A stretch of DNA of 64,000 bases from Tubulanus polymorphus (Eukaryota; Animalia; Nemertea): positions 16,182,110-16,246,109 of the forward strand of contig NC_134030.1 in assembly GCF_964204645.1 (NCBI RefSeq). The letters run 5' to 3'. Every line of letters starts with the position of its first letter. Position 1 is the first letter of the stretch. Of this stretch, positions 44,437 to 58,651 are shown in pieces. The notes under the pieces were generated by a model that was not told the DNA's origin, did no database searches, and was given only the letters and a program-made list of their open reading frames with translations. A program made the translations under genes and the position numbers.

Positions 44437-47095
44437 CATGTATTAGTAATTTTGGTGATTTCATCGCTTTTTCGACTCGGCTATATCCGTATCAATGACG
44501 TGAAATTTCCTGGTTGCAGGGAAAGAAAGGTCACCGAGAGCTGGCCTACATACGGTAGCTCGTGCGAACTGCCTGGAAATATACTCTACTAGTACCGGGG
44601 ACACAAGCGGTGCAACAAACTTCACACAGTTACCTAGAGTCATAACCAAAAACCAAACAGGTGCCGCTCGCTAGTGCATACTTTGGGGGTCAGAAAACTT
44701 TTTACCTAAAAATTGTATGAAACTGAATATTTCAATATCATCTAGACGTATCGGCCCCACTCCGCGCGGTGGCGCGACCGTGCGGGATTTACGCGAAGCA
44801 GCAAACACAAACATGGCCACTCTCTCAATTTTCAATGATAGAAATCGTGCGTGCATTTCAATTATTTCGGCTGTTAGGGTTTTAAGGCACAATATAAGTT
44901 GATGATGTGATATGGCGATGTTAATTAATGATAATTCCGCAAGCTAGTCACGAACGGTGCCGATTGAGTGTACAGCTGCCAAAAACACTGAAATGTGCGT
45001 AGTTGCGTAACTATTTGCAGTGAATTGCAGACGAAACATGAAGCCTTAACGGCCGTTTAAAAACAATTATACCAATCGCAATTGTAAAATAAAAATGAGA
45101 TAGAACCTAAGTTAAAATTCTGGCCATTTCTAAAATTTTATTACTAATTTTTAGTCAGTGCCGAACGTTTAGTTTTCCAACAATAATGAGGGATGGTTGG
45201 TAGTCATGCAATTCAAGTCATCATTTATTACACGTTACTTCCGTGTTGTTGAAAATCTCGCGAGTCCTGGACCAAACCCCAATGAACAATGTGATCTGTG
45301 TGCTGGCCACAAATGCACACAGATCACACTACACTACCCATTACACACTCCAGTACCCACAGCTTTCATATATCCATCCAAATATTTAGAGTGTCTTTCT
45401 TCCTGGGTTCCTTATCAGCAATGTTGTGTCAAAATTTCATCGAAATTGAACAAAAATTGAATATATTGTAAATACAGATTTTATGTTCAAATCCGTTATT
45501 ACTGGAGGAATTTTTATGAAAAAACATCCATGGAATCAGTGAAATATAACTTAGAAAAAGAATATGATCAAAATGATTTCAAAGATATATGAAAAAAGTT
45601 TTTTTGAATCGTCATGGTACTGTGTGAAACTGGTGAGAGCCAGATGTGTTCCTGTAAACATTATACACAAACTATCGCGCTGGTAGGATGTGGCCTGCAC
45701 TATTTCCAAGTGGGTGTTTGAACTTTCGCTGAATTACCAAATCGCGGCAGTTGAATATACTGATGAATAAAATTTAATGACGGGACATTTTTACCGCTAT
45801 AGTGAAATTTTTTATCGTTTTAAAGCACGTTGAATTCGTCGTTCGCGGATTAGGATGTTATTCCGTTACCTGTTTGTCTAATATTTTATCGAACTGGCAG
45901 AATCATCACTTACTTTGGCGTAAATTCCAGCGGCTCAACAAAACTACGAGTTAAACCGTCAATAATTACGTCGTTGTTAGTTTCATTAGTCTGATCGTTC
46001 TACCATTTCAATTGCAAATTTATATTTTACATTTATTTCGGCGATTCGAACACCACCTTAAGTTGCAAGGGGTCCTAATCCTCGTGGCCGGAGTTGATAC
46101 GATAGCTAGAAACATTTCTGAAGAAGCTTCGTCGATTCTGCAAATTTCACAAGTCACTTGTTTTTTTCAAGACACGATCACACGAAAAAGTGACTCCAAA
46201 AGTCTTGATTATCATATTAATAAACTGAATCGGGTTAGTATTTTATTCATATAACTTGAAATTGTTTAACAAAAATTAAGTTCTCGCTATGGTTGATATC
46301 GGTTGTAAATAGAATAAAATCGTTTATCATTAATTATTATATGTCGATTCAATGTCTTATTTATTGTGACGATGAAAATGAAAGGTATCTTGATTTTGTC
46401 GCTAGTATTGCGTTGATGTGTTTCGATGTGTTCTGTTCTCAGGATTCTACCAGGGACGTGTAATCTCATTCCTTCCCTGATTCTACTCAGTCAAACAGTA
46501 GTAAAATATGTTTGTGTATTAGCACCTCATTAACTGTGAAAGATAACGACCTGTGGGAAGTGAGGTGCCATGACCCAGATGACTTTCCTCGTCAGTCTAT
46601 TTTTATCTGTATCAGTTCAGCGATTATATTTCGAGCCGTATGGTGCGCTGTTCACCATCTGCAACTCGCTCGAGTTTGACCCAGGCCGTACTATCACTGA
46701 GTTTGGCGACTAGGTGTAAAACCCCTAAAACATACGGACATTGTATATTACATACGTTATCTTTGTGAGAAAGGTATGAGATACTTCCCCGCTTAAATTA
46801 CGATAAATAGAAATAATCCAAAAAGGTCCAATAACTCCGTTAAACTCATGGAAATTCGTTTTCATTCGTACTTCTAGATGTTCAGAAAATGGACAAGACT
46901 GCCTTTACTCGACCGACTGCCTTTAATCGACCGACATTAAGACGTAAACGCAGAAGTTTTCGCATAATGTGCACGAGAAGATTTATTTTCAGATTATCTA
47001 GGGAATATGTATATACACATAATATCGATATCTTAAAATACGTAATAATGCCAGTATATGATTGCTTTGTTATCTATCACAAGATATTTAGTGTT

Positions 47096-47342
47096 TCATA
47101 TTGGCAAATTATAGAGTATAACAATACAAGCTACAAAATACGAATTTTTCAAGAATGAGGCCGAGGAAGGACACGCATCAGTCCACACAGTTCGGTATTT
47201 CAGTCTAATTTGTTCACTCCTTAACCACTCATTGATTGGTTGGAAATATTCAATCAATGGTTGAGCATCCATCTTTTCGGAACCTGTCAGTTTCTTCATA
47301 GCTTGTTGCCAGGGTACGGATGAACCGAGTTTTAACATATCC
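47096..47342 (-). CDS. ACE: Angiotensin-converting enzyme (peptidase M2) homologue, last coding exon
   Basis: DMLKLGSSVPWQQAMKKLTG..MDAQPLIEYFQPINEWL; acceptor ttctttgtag; hydrophobic C-terminal tail; phase matches the upstream exon. Confidence 0.9.
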
Positions 47343-47704
47343 CTACAAAGAAATGAGCAAAACAATCGTACTATAAAGATATAAGTGTAATTTTCCCAAC
47401 AATGGGTAAATAGTGAGCGTACTTGTTGGATATCAACTAAGGTATAGGGGACTGTAGTTTCTCATTTCTGGAATGCAATGAACGATTCGGATACTCTGAT
47501 CGATGATTCGACAGTTCAACGGTTCAACAGTTCAGCGATTCGCCAGACACATCGCCCACGATCCCAGCACCTTTTTATAGGGGGAGATACCAGGCACTTT
47601 CTATTTAAAGGCATTTTTTTGATCCATACATCGCTCACGACCCCGGCAGCTACATATAGGGGGATATTTTAGTCTGGGGGATGGATGAAAATTAATCAAA
47701 CTGT

Positions 47705-48480
47705 TTCTCGGTAATCGAAAAACGCCTAATGGAAAACATGGAAGAATAAAAAAATGGATAACGCCTCATTCCTAGAAAATGACCTAATTTCATTACTGTA
47801 CTATCTACTCACAATCCAACTCGGTTATCATCAACGGAACAGTTTGAATATACATGTTTTTTACGCGTCACGAAACGAGACTACTCCTCTATAAACTGCA
47901 TTATAGGATGATGATAGAATGTCCGCCGTGCAAGCAGTTAAATACATAACGCGAAAACAAACGCCGCGCTTAAACCGGCTTTCGTGAATTTTGAAACCGG
48001 AATGCATAAATATGGTACAACCTACGCTCGTAGGTACAACCCACACAAAGACTGATAAAGAAGCCTTTCTCAAATTATCCTCCAAAACGGTTCACAACCA
48101 CCCTTATGTGAACCTGATAGATAAGGCCTACCAATGAGAGACTAAATAATGTCAAGCCCCTGAACTTCCTTGAACAAAAAATAATAAACTATATGTTCCA
48201 TATAAAAGATAAATGTCTTTTATTATCACTCCTTGTCTTAATATGAAATAATAACATAGATAAGCCTGTGTGTTGGTAGTGTAACCAAACGATCGTCGAA
48301 ACGACAATAGAAACGCAGATGGAACAAGCGGGGCTCCACGCACTCCTACGTGAACTATGTAACGTTGCGTACATAGTTCACGTAGGGATTTATGTCAATT
48401 TCTTGGATGTTACTATGAATTAGGCGTTATGCGTTTTCCGATTCGGTGTTTTTCATTAGGTGTTTTTCGAATACCGGGGA
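47705..48480. mobile_element. Non-autonomous TIR element (MITE-like)
   Basis: CGGTAATCGAAAAACGCCTAATGGAAAAC vs GTTTTTCATTAGGTGTTTTTCGAATACCG inverted ends. Confidence 0.55.
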
Positions 48481-49873
48481 ATGCTAGGGGGTGCATTCCT
48501 GATCTCAAAACTATGGTTCCTAAGTTATACAGGTAGTGCATAAAACAGGGGGGACAAGGCTAAAAGTCCCTCAAAAACAGCTTCTGTCTAGACTGTTCAG
48601 TCCATGCATAATTTGAATTGAAAAAGATTTTAATGCTGTTATGAAATAATCACTAAAGAAATGTTAATTTGGAATAAGGCTAATTATGAAGCTGATCAAT
48701 TATGCTAGTTAATAAGCATAATTAGACTTTAGAGCCCATGCTCAAATTTGGTCTTCTTATTTAGCTTGAAACAACCTCGAATGGAATATGTTGCTTAAGA
48801 ACATACTTCGCGGTTCCTTCTTAATTTAAGGAGATGCCAAATTTCATGACGTAATAACATCGTTTTCACCAAATTTGTGTTTTCAGCAATAAATCTTTTA
48901 AAAGAAACAAATCCACCATTTATTTTGCTTTTAGATATCGAGAAACTCATTACTTTGAGACTTAAAGACTTAAATAGATAAAATTGAAAAAACAATTCAG
49001 ATGGTAATTAAGAAGGACATCATCTTTTATTGATCACCAGTTGTAATTCGATTTTTTAGTCCATCTCTCAAACTGCAGTTAACCTAAGCTTTGGGTAAAC
49101 TAAAAAACTATATATTAGTTTTAAGAACAGATCCTGTGGTTCAATCTAAGGTTAGGAGGAGTCACAGGTTACAAATAAGATATTGTCAACCAAAACAAAG
49201 ATATCTGAAGAACTGCTTTCGGACGAAAGTAGAAAACACAATATAACGTCAAATTCATATGAAATCATATCATATAAGACGCAGATTTAAAACCATACAG
49301 AACTTGCCAATACTAACTACATCTACCACCTAAATTAAATGTTCTAACTAAAATGAACATAGAACATAACTATAGACGATTAGTACTCGTCACTATCTCC
49401 TTCATCTGAATATGAGCCACTGCCTGTACATTCATTTTCATAATCTACGTTATTTTCATCATCCTAATCATTTTCAGTTACCATGTAACTCGGGACCCAT
49501 GAACTTGGTTTTTTCGTACAACCCATCATCTTATTCCCATCCATGCTCTATTGACTCCGGCTTCTGATCAATAAACTGATTGTGTGCATTTGCCCACATC
49601 CTTACAACGAAAGCCACCCCTTTTGCATCTGGCACACGTTCATTTCGGCAACGTGGAATACTACATCCGTCAATTCCCTTCAATTTTTCGAAGGGATTAT
49701 TTGCATTTGGCTTAAGTTCGAATGCTCTCTCATTGGCCTCATACCTCAACTTGTTTACTGAATATTTTTTGCACCATACAAGCTACATGTGAATAATTCT
49801 AAAGCGTCCAATATCTTGTCATCCAGTTGCTCGTTAGTTGCCATACTTGCAAAAGTCAATTTGGACTTAAGGA

Positions 49874-49980
49874 TATTTGTCTAGTCAAGAGAGCGTTCTC
49901 AATTTACCTTTCCGTACAAAGGCAGAATATTTGTCTAGTCAAGAGAGCGTTCTCAATTTACCTTTCCGTACAAAGGCAGA
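49874..49980 (+). repeat. Perfect tandem duplication of ~54 bp
   Basis: ATATTTGTCTAGTCAAG...CAAAGGCAGA twice. Confidence 0.85.
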
Positions 49981-50034
49981 GGTGTAATCACACCCTGTAA
50001 ATGCGTGAAATGCAGGGAGTGAGTGAGTGAATAT

Positions 50035-50637
50035 TTATGTTTTCAGATCAAAGGTCGAAAGGTCGATTTCAAAAATAAAAAAAAAAACTTTATTATTTTT
50101 TTCACTAAGCCTTTCTCCATTCAATCAGAAAACAAAATTGTACACTTACTCTAATATTCATATAATATTATTCTCATGTTTTAACATATGTATCACAATG
50201 ATTTTGAAATATGAAAAATAGATAATAAATATGAAAAATAAATACTAAAAGATGAAAAATAAATATTAAAATATATATCGAAATAAATATTAAACGATCA
50301 AAAAATAAATTTTTAAATATTAAGATTTGAAATTAATAAAATAAGAAATACATATTAAATAGTAACAGAATCTAATATAATACTCCTGAATTTAGAACAA
50401 ATTTACCAGATAGATTTAATAGTTTATCAATTGAAAGTATTGATGATTAAAAAATCAGGAATATTTAATTTAATTTATAAAGGTAAAGATGAAAAAGGAC
50501 ATCATGATATAAATATTGAATGATTTTTAACAAAATATTTGTATAATAAATGGCTACTAACAACAAGAAATATTATTGCCCATTTTGTAAAATAAATATA
50601 GATAAATCACAACACTAGATCTAGACATAATAAATCT
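50035..50637 (+). pseudogene. Relic Polinton end (element C): TIR-like motif, ORF108 homologue and start of a Zn-finger (pPolB-like) gene
   Basis: TTTCAGATCAAAGGTCGAAAGGTCG resembles the TIR; LPDRFNSLS..IYKGKDEKGHHDINIE; TAAATG MATNNKKYYCPFCK; further Zn-finger relic at ~53060-53240. Confidence 0.6.
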
Positions 50638-51746
50638 AACTAGGGGTCCAGGGACACCATGCCCACTTGGGAAGTGGTTTCCAATGCTCAACAATCTACC
50701 AAATTCAATATTCAACGCCCCCTGTTAACCATTTACAAAAACCAATGACCTTGAACCTCACCACAATCATAGAACATGTCAGCAGCTACGATTTTGTAAT
50801 TGATTGTGATAACAAAATAAATTTCTCGTTACCAATTTAATATGGAAATACTAAATATTCTACTATTCAACGCCCCCTGGTGACCATTTTCAAAACCCAA
50901 TGACCTTAAAACTCACCACAATCATAGAAATTGTCATAACCTACAACTTTGCAATTGATCATGGTAACAAAATATGCCTAGGTACCAATCTAATAAAGGA
51001 ATACTAAGTTATTCTACAATTCAACGCTCCCTGGTGACCATATAGAATAACTAATGTCCTTAAAACTCACCACAATCATACATGATGTCATGAGCTACAG
51101 CTTTGCAATTAATTGTGGTAAAAAAATATGCTTGTTACATAATATCAATATAATGTGGAAAACTTTTTCCCACCTACCAATGAGTACTGATGATACCAAG
51201 ATGGCCGCCAATTGCGTCACAATTGGCCGATCAAAATACCTGGCTCAGGTATAAAACAACCTTTTCCAAAGAATACCCATCACAAATTGCAATGAGAAAT
51301 GGCAAACCAACAGAAAGCTACAGGACTCAGAATTTGGGCCAAAATTGACATTTTTGGGCACTAAAAAGATCATAGGACGGCCATCTTGAGTCCGATCGAC
51401 CCAATTTTTCTTATGGTGATGGGCCCTTGAACGATTCAAATATATATGAAAGATCAAGGTAATTGATTTAAGCGTCTTCAAAATGTCCCTCAAAAAGTTA
51501 AAAAAGTGTAAAAAGTTCTGATTTTGACGAACAACAATGGCTGCCAGTCGGCCATCTTGATTCTGACAGGGCCAGTTTTGGGCCGAGGATGTGTCTAGGG
51601 TAGATTCATGTATAGACCAAATATCAAGACATTACCTTGAAGCGTCTTCAAAACTTCCCAAAATAACTGGATTCCGTCTACGGACGGACGGACGAAAAGT
51701 GAACGCAATAGCCCCGCTGGGACTAAAGTCCCCAGTGGGCTAAAAA
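50638..51746 (+). mobile_element. Helentron-associated non-autonomous element (HINE/DINE-like)
   Basis: AACTAG start, three ~153-bp internal repeats, (GGAC)n microsatellite, terminal palindrome then A-run; splits the relic RHNKS|KNHLEN frame. Confidence 0.7.
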
Positions 51747-54700
51747 CCATTTAGAAAATTAATTGAAATTAGACGGCCATACTAAACACTGTCAGGAGCC
51801 GTCAGAAAGCGTCATGAATCCACGTGTTATCCTAAACACCGCCAGGAAATTAAAATATAGTTTGAATGGATAATGTAATGAATCTGAATTGTAGGGCCGG
51901 AATTGTAAAGTTGAATATTTTATATGCGCATGCCGCACGTCTAGGAGCGTGGCCCCGCCAGAAAACGAACCGTGCAGGAAGAGGGGGAGTCCTTGAATTT
52001 GGAAGGCAGGAAAGGAAAACAAATTTGAAACGACTCTTGAAAATACTAAAATGTTGTTTATTCACAATCTGACAATTTTACAAATTAACTCAATATCACT
52101 AGTAGGAAACGCAATTTCACTAGTAGACAATCTTTTAAAAAAGCCTTCTTTTACACTGTTCTAAGTTAGTTCGAGGCAAAGTTATATTATTTTAGGATAT
52201 GATATACACATTGATACAAATATCAAATCTCATACAAAATAAAGGCAAAAATAATATAATGAAAAGTTAACTTTGAAAAATGTATGTAAGTTGATACAAA
52301 TATCCCATGAAAATCGCCCATGAAAATTGATATATCACTGAGACACTGAGAACTACAGAATGTATAGGCAGCTGGTGTCAAGTTATGTTCTTTTTATTGT
52401 AACTGATCTCGCCGCTCTTGAACGCTTTGTTTGCCCTGGTTTCCTTTCTACTTTTGCGGTTTTCGGAATATTCAATTTTCCGTCAGTGGACGCGATAGGC
52501 CTAACTTTTTCGATCGGTTTTGATTTTGCTCTAAACAATTTATTCATGATCGTATCCTATTCTTCCTTTGATTTCTTATACCATACTACGTGCGAAACGA
52601 CGTGTTTGCTCAAACGAGGCGAAACTTGGTAGTTACCTTGGCCGTGTAACGCTCGGCGAATATCTGCATACTGCAGATCAACTAAACTATTCAGGCGCTC
52701 TATGAGATCAGGAATTTTCAAAATATTCTAATTCGTCGATAGTTTTATGAGATTGTTCATACATTCGCAATTATTATTAGTGCAGTTTAAAGGAACACGT
52801 TTCTCTATCTGCGTAGGAACGTATTGTTTAAGACGTATGACGAGCTTCATTAGCTATAAGGCATGAACAGTGGCACAGTTGTTTCAAATTTCGATTCCAT
52901 CTCGAGGACACATTGATCGTATTCGTATTCGTCACATTTCTGTAATAACCCGGAGTTTCCGAATATGCAAGATACAATTTCTGATATTTTATAATTAGCA
53001 CCGACTTTATGGCGTTAATGTCGTTTTACATTTTGTTGTAGATGTCGTAAGTTAGACTATAATAATGAAAAATAAAAACTGAATTAAAAAATTAAAAAGA
53101 AATATATAAATGTGATATATGTAATCAATCATTTAGTGAAAAAGATATTATGATCAACATTTAAAATCTAAAATTCATTTTAGAAATTTTGATAAAAATA
53201 TTTCAGGTGAAGAATATTTGATAAAGATAATGATAAACAAAAGGCCCACGTTCATGACGCAGAGAAGAAGAATGATCCAGTATTCAAAGTTTTACAGAAA
53301 GATTTACAATGTAACGATTGTTCATTTTCTGTTAATATATCCTTACATGAAAAGACAAGCCCATTTTAGCTGCACCAAAGATCACACAACATGAAAAAAT
53401 GCATTAAGAATTGGTGTAGACATCGTGGGTTAGCAAATAGTGCAGCAAATCGATCGACCATTTTTTCAGAGGGACAGTTTTTTTCATATTATAGCGGACC
53501 TTTTCTTTCGTGGTGGGGAGGGGGAGGGAGGGTTTGTGCGTTCCAATCCCAACCCTGGCTACGGGCCTGACAGCCTATAGGGATAATTGGAGATAATAAG
53601 ATTTAGTATATATGGAAGTCGATTTCTGAGATATGTATATGATTTTCTATAAATAAGATTGGTCTAAAGAATAAAGGCGTTATCTAGGCCTACATAATTC
53701 AAATTCACACCTTTGAAAGGTTCGTTTAACCTTCGTTTAACAAATTAATCACGGAACTGTATCTAAGTGAAAGTCCGATATTTACAAAGTTTTCAATAAA
53801 TTATCGATATTTTGTAAGGTTTTAAAAAAAGGTCTTAAGAATTATTTGATGTTAGTGCTACCCCCGTATTCAGCGGGAGAAGTGGGAGAAGTCTCAACTC
53901 AGAATCAATGAAACGACAATTATTTCCATCAGGAACGGATCCGGGGGTGCACTTTGAGCATGTGCATCACCTCACAATCTCTTGATTTTTGATTTCCTTA
54001 GCTGGGTAAAAGTGTGAAATCGCTATTCAATTTACGGGTTGAAAAGGTATTGCACTCAAACCGTGACCAAGATGCGTCTCAGGCGCATCTTATTCACAAG
54101 AACTTTGGGAGAACTCACTAGACCCAACACTTCGCTTTGTGCACCCCTACGTATCTGAAATCCTGAATCCGTGAAGTACTCAGGTAATTGGTAGCTATAG
54201 CGCATATCTAAACCCGTCATGTGGACGGGTATTTTGCTAGTACTATAAACACTAAGTATACAGTAAATGGTGACTATTGTGATGACTATTGAGTATAACT
54301 ATTGTTCATGATACCTAGTGCTATACCACTTGAAGTTGTAATAGTAACTCATTTAGGCATAAAACTATTTGTTCATCGTTTGTCCTTGGGAGGAATATTC
54401 CTCATGTAATCAATATTCACATTATCGGTCTTCTCAGTTGGTAATAATTATACAACGCTCAGCTAACCCAAGATTATATTGAGGCGAGTGTTGATAAAAG
54501 ATTTCTGGGACCCATCATTTTTAAACAGTATAGGAAACTTCAAGGTACAGAATATCGAGGGTGCCATCGTTATATATTTGCAATGGCAACATACTTCATT
54601 ATCGCAGTAAAACTTATCTGTAAATGCAAAGATCTGATCTTTTGTGGGGTTTGTTCCAGTGCCACAATCTCACATTCTGAGCACGTCACAAAACATAAGA

Positions 54701-54847
54701 CACTGCGTTAACCTCTTTTTCAAACAGAAATTATAGTTTACGACGTACAGATATATTGCGAGGTGATTAGATTTTGATTCTGTCGCTTCAGTTGATCAAA
54801 CGAAGTTTAGGATACATTTTGTCTGCATTATAGTTATGGTGGCTTAC

Positions 54848-54970
54848 CCTAGAGCTTTACCAGCTTCTTTAGAATTATAAATATCACAAGTGTGAAGTGG
54901 ACCAGTGTGACCTGCCTTTTCACAGAGAGCTTTATGGAACTGGAACTGAATGATGTAACTCACAAAATAT
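54848..54970 (-). CDS. ACE: ACE homologue, penultimate coding exon (123 bp)
   Basis: [41 protein letters not shown]; tttcag acceptor and gtaag donor; phase 2/2; not in the ORF track. Confidence 0.93.
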
Positions 54971-55080
54971 CTGAAAGAAATAAATCACTTCGATACAAAA
55001 CTTCATTAGGCTTGGTTGGTTACGTATTTCCAAAAATCTAGAGTGAGACACCCGAAACTTGAATGTGGCTATGCCACGTA

Positions 55081-55202
55081 AGTAATATGGATAATAGGGG
55101 TTCATACCAAAGGTCGAAGGGTCGAAAAATAAATTCTCGCACACTCGAATTTATTTTTCAACCCCTCAACCTTTGTTATGAATCCCTATTATCCCTATTA
55201 CT
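55081..55202. repeat. 122-bp palindrome with AGTAAT...ATTACT ends
   Basis: ~55-bp arms pair with a few mismatches. Confidence 0.75.
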
Positions 55203-55267
55203 CTTAAAATATTCATATATATGAATATGAATAACTTCTAAAATCAATTTTAATAAAAAATGTTAAA

Positions 55268-55968
55268 ATGGATGCAAATAAGAAGTACTACTGTCCGTCA
55301 GAACAACTACAATCTATCAATATTACAAATAGTGTTATAAATATAACCTATAAGAAATGTTCTAAGTGTGAATTTGATAAACAATCTTCAGAATATTATA
55401 AAGATAAATATTCTAAAGATGGTAAGCAAAGTTACTGTAAAACTTGTAGCAAACTATATAGTAAACAATATCAAGTGAATAATCCAGAAAAATGTAATGA
55501 AAAAAATAGACGTTGGCGAGCTAATAATCGTGAACATTTTAATAATTATCATAAAGAAAGGCGCCGAACAGATTTTTTGAATTGAAAAAATATCTAAGTT
55601 CTAGATTATCAAATTCATTTAGTAAAGACAAACACTCAGAAACACTATCTAGTTTATTGGGTTGTACAGATGAATTCTTAAAATCATGGATTATATATCA
55701 GTTTGACGATAAAATGAATATAGATAATTATGGCGAATATTTTCATATAGATCATGTGCTGCCTATATCTAAGTTTGATATGAATGATGAACACAATCAG
55801 AAGTTAATCTGGAACTGGAAGAATTTAAGACCACTCGAAAAGAAAGAAAATTTGATTAAACATAGCAAACTAAATTTACAGTTACATTTGGATCAATTAG
55901 ATAAACAAAGAAATTTATTGAATAATGGAATAGTTCTCCAAATAATGAACAATACGTTGAGTCTTTAA
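55268..55968 (+). pseudogene. HNH endonuclease, frameshifted
   Basis: CSKC..CKTC; HIDHVLPISKF..WKNLRPL. Confidence 0.82.
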
Positions 55969-55991
55969 TCAGCAGTTAAAGAATATTTTGT

Positions 55992-56082
55992 GGAATTTAA
56001 TATCGAGAATCCGAAATGACTTATCTGGACAGTTATTGTAACTGCTCCTATAGATTGACAAAAGTAGTGGGGTATTGAATCC
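55992..56082 (+). ncRNA. Candidate conserved structured element (element D)
   Basis: Same core; closing stem TTTAATATC/GGTATTGAA uses G-U pairs; hairpin CAGTTA-TTG-TAACTG. Confidence 0.45.
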
Positions 56083-56286
56083 TAATTCAAATAAAAAGTA
56101 TTAAAAATTATATATCTTCAACTAGCCATTATTTCTATTTTAATTTTTTCAAAATCTAATATTTCTTTTCAAAAAGGGAATACTTTATATTTTGATAAGA
56201 TTTGAATAAAAATTCAAAAACTTCAAATAGCTAGTATCATTTGAAGAATACTTATAATATTTTTTTTTCTTTTTTCTCTAATATTA

Positions 56287-57122
56287 ATGTCAAAGAAATC
56301 GAGTAAAAATAGTATTGATATTGAAAAGACAATTGAAGATTTAGGCATTACTGATAATAAAGATACAGTTGTTTCTAATTGTGCTCAAAATAAATATTGA
56401 TTTTGAATACTATTTAACATGTAAGCATTATCTTGAGTTACTAATTGCTAGTGGCAAATGTAAGGAATTTATCGGAAAAATTATAACTTTTCAAGAATTA
56501 GATAATATGAAACCAGATAAAGTAATAAAAGATTTCAAAATATACGAAGAAGCTAGATTAGCTCGAATAAACGATTCTATAAGTGATGGAATAGTTAAAT
56601 GTTACTCTAAGTTATGTAACCGGATTATACCAATTGATGATGAAAATAAATTATATAGTGATTTAAAAAATGATTATTTAGTTATGACAGAATTACAAAA
56701 ATGGGTTGGATACGCTTCATTCCGGTTAGGCGGAATAATGATATTAATTTCTACTGGTGTAATAACATTTTCTAATTTCAAACCTACAGTAAATAAACCA
56801 GATAATATCGAATCAGATAATAAATCAGAAGATATTAAATCAGAACAAAAATTAAGTAAAATAAATGACTGATGATATTCAGAAAAAGCCTAGATCTGAG
56901 AAACAAATTAAATGGGCTAGGGAATTGGGTAAAAGATCTGCAGAATTAAAAGGGGCTAAGAAAAAGAAATTAACTGATATAAATGAATCACAGAAATTAT
57001 CTGATATTGATTCGAATGATAATCCATCTAATTCCTCTAATACTGGAAGAAATAATTACTTATATATTACAATTGGGTTAATCACAGTAATTATATTCTC
57101 TGGTGTAATATATAAATCTTAA
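56287..57122 (+). pseudogene. Two conserved hypothetical genes (~200-aa and small TM homologues), disrupted
   Basis: Similar to 5209-5820 and 4854-5216. Confidence 0.7.
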
Positions 57123-57230
57123 TTTAATAACAATTATGATGACGATGATAAGCCTGTTATACCAGAAAATAAGTCAAATGATAAAGTCATTGAAAATAAA
57201 TCTAAATTATTATTAATGGATTAAAATAAG

Positions 57231-58049
57231 ATGAAAAAAGAACAATATCTAAGAGATTTATATTATAACCCAGAGAGTGAAGTATCATATTTTAGTGTTT
57301 CGGAATTATGGGATAAAATAAAATTTGATAATGAAAATATAAAATATAGTGAACTTAGATTATGGTTACAAAATCAACGAACATATCAAATCCATAAGAA
57401 AAAGGATAAAAATTATTTAACAAGAAAAGTTATGGTTTCATATATCGATCAACAATGGCAAGCAGATTTAATTGACATGAAGAACTTAGAGGAATACAAC
57501 AAAGGATATTTCCAGATACTGAATGTCACAGATATATTCAGTAGATACGCATGGTCAATTCCAATCAAAGATAAAACTGGTATAGAAGTAACAAATGTGT
57601 TCAAGTTAATATTTAAAGAAGCTATCCCAGGTAAGATACAATTTGATGAAGGTAAGGAATTCTATAATAAACATTTTTAAAAACTATTATCTGATAACGA
57701 TGTAGAACCTAAATTTATAATAGGACAACATGTAAGAATATCTTAATATAGAAAAACATTTTATAAAGGTTATACTCTTAATTTTACTGAAGAAATATTT
57801 AAGATTAAAAAAATTATATTAACTAAACCTTTTGTTTATAAATTAGAAGATTGAAAAGATGAAGAAATATAAGGTTATCTCTATGAACAAGAATTATCAC
57901 TTGTACCAAACCCAGATGAAATAGAATATAAAATAGAAAAAGTATTGAAAACAAAAACTCTTAAAGGAAAAACGTATTCTTTGGTAAAATATAAAGGGTA
58001 TGATGATAAATTTAATGAATGGATTTTATCTAGTAAAATTAAAGAATAA
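57231..58049 (+). pseudogene. Integrase-chromodomain with internal deletion and stops
   Basis: WQADLID, IQFDEGKEF; region holding the catalytic E is deleted. Confidence 0.82.
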
Positions 58050-58651
58050 ATGAATAAAGATTTATTTATATTTGAACCGCATAATATGTTAGTTACTGGC
58101 GTAACAAACTGTGGTAAAACACATTTCATATTAGATTTATTAGAAACTATTTATAAGAATCATTTTGATAATATAATATTATTCTGCCCTACTTATGAAA
58201 TGAATAAAACATATATAGTTAAGATAAAAAAGTTTATTATATTAGATCCTAAAACAGTAAAAGAAAATTTAGATAATTGTATTAAAATAGCAATCGATAT
58301 TTATAAAGGATCAAATACATTATTCATTGTGGATGATTGTGCAAATTTACATGATTCAAAAGTTAGAGGAAGTGAGTTATGCTATTTAGCTTTCTCTGAG
58401 GGACATTTTGGGATAACAACATAGGTTTTAAATCAAGAATATAATTCAATTGTTAAAGACTTTAGGAAGAATATAAGATTTTTAGTATTATTCTACAATA
58501 AGATAAAAAATCAATGCAACAATCATCGGAAGAAAATCAAATTATACCTACTGAATTACATGATGAATATATGAATAAATTATAAAGTAATAAAGGTTCA
58601 AAATTATAACTGAGACTACAATTTCCTTATGAATATAAATTTATAAAATAA
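58050..58651 (+). pseudogene. Packaging ATPase with nonsense mutations
   Basis: GVTNCGKT, IVDD; TAG at 58422-58424. Confidence 0.82.

Noticed and set aside
44461-47090. Short ORFs as host or viral genes
   Set aside because: No recognisable motifs; likely ACE 3' flank and unclassified repeats.
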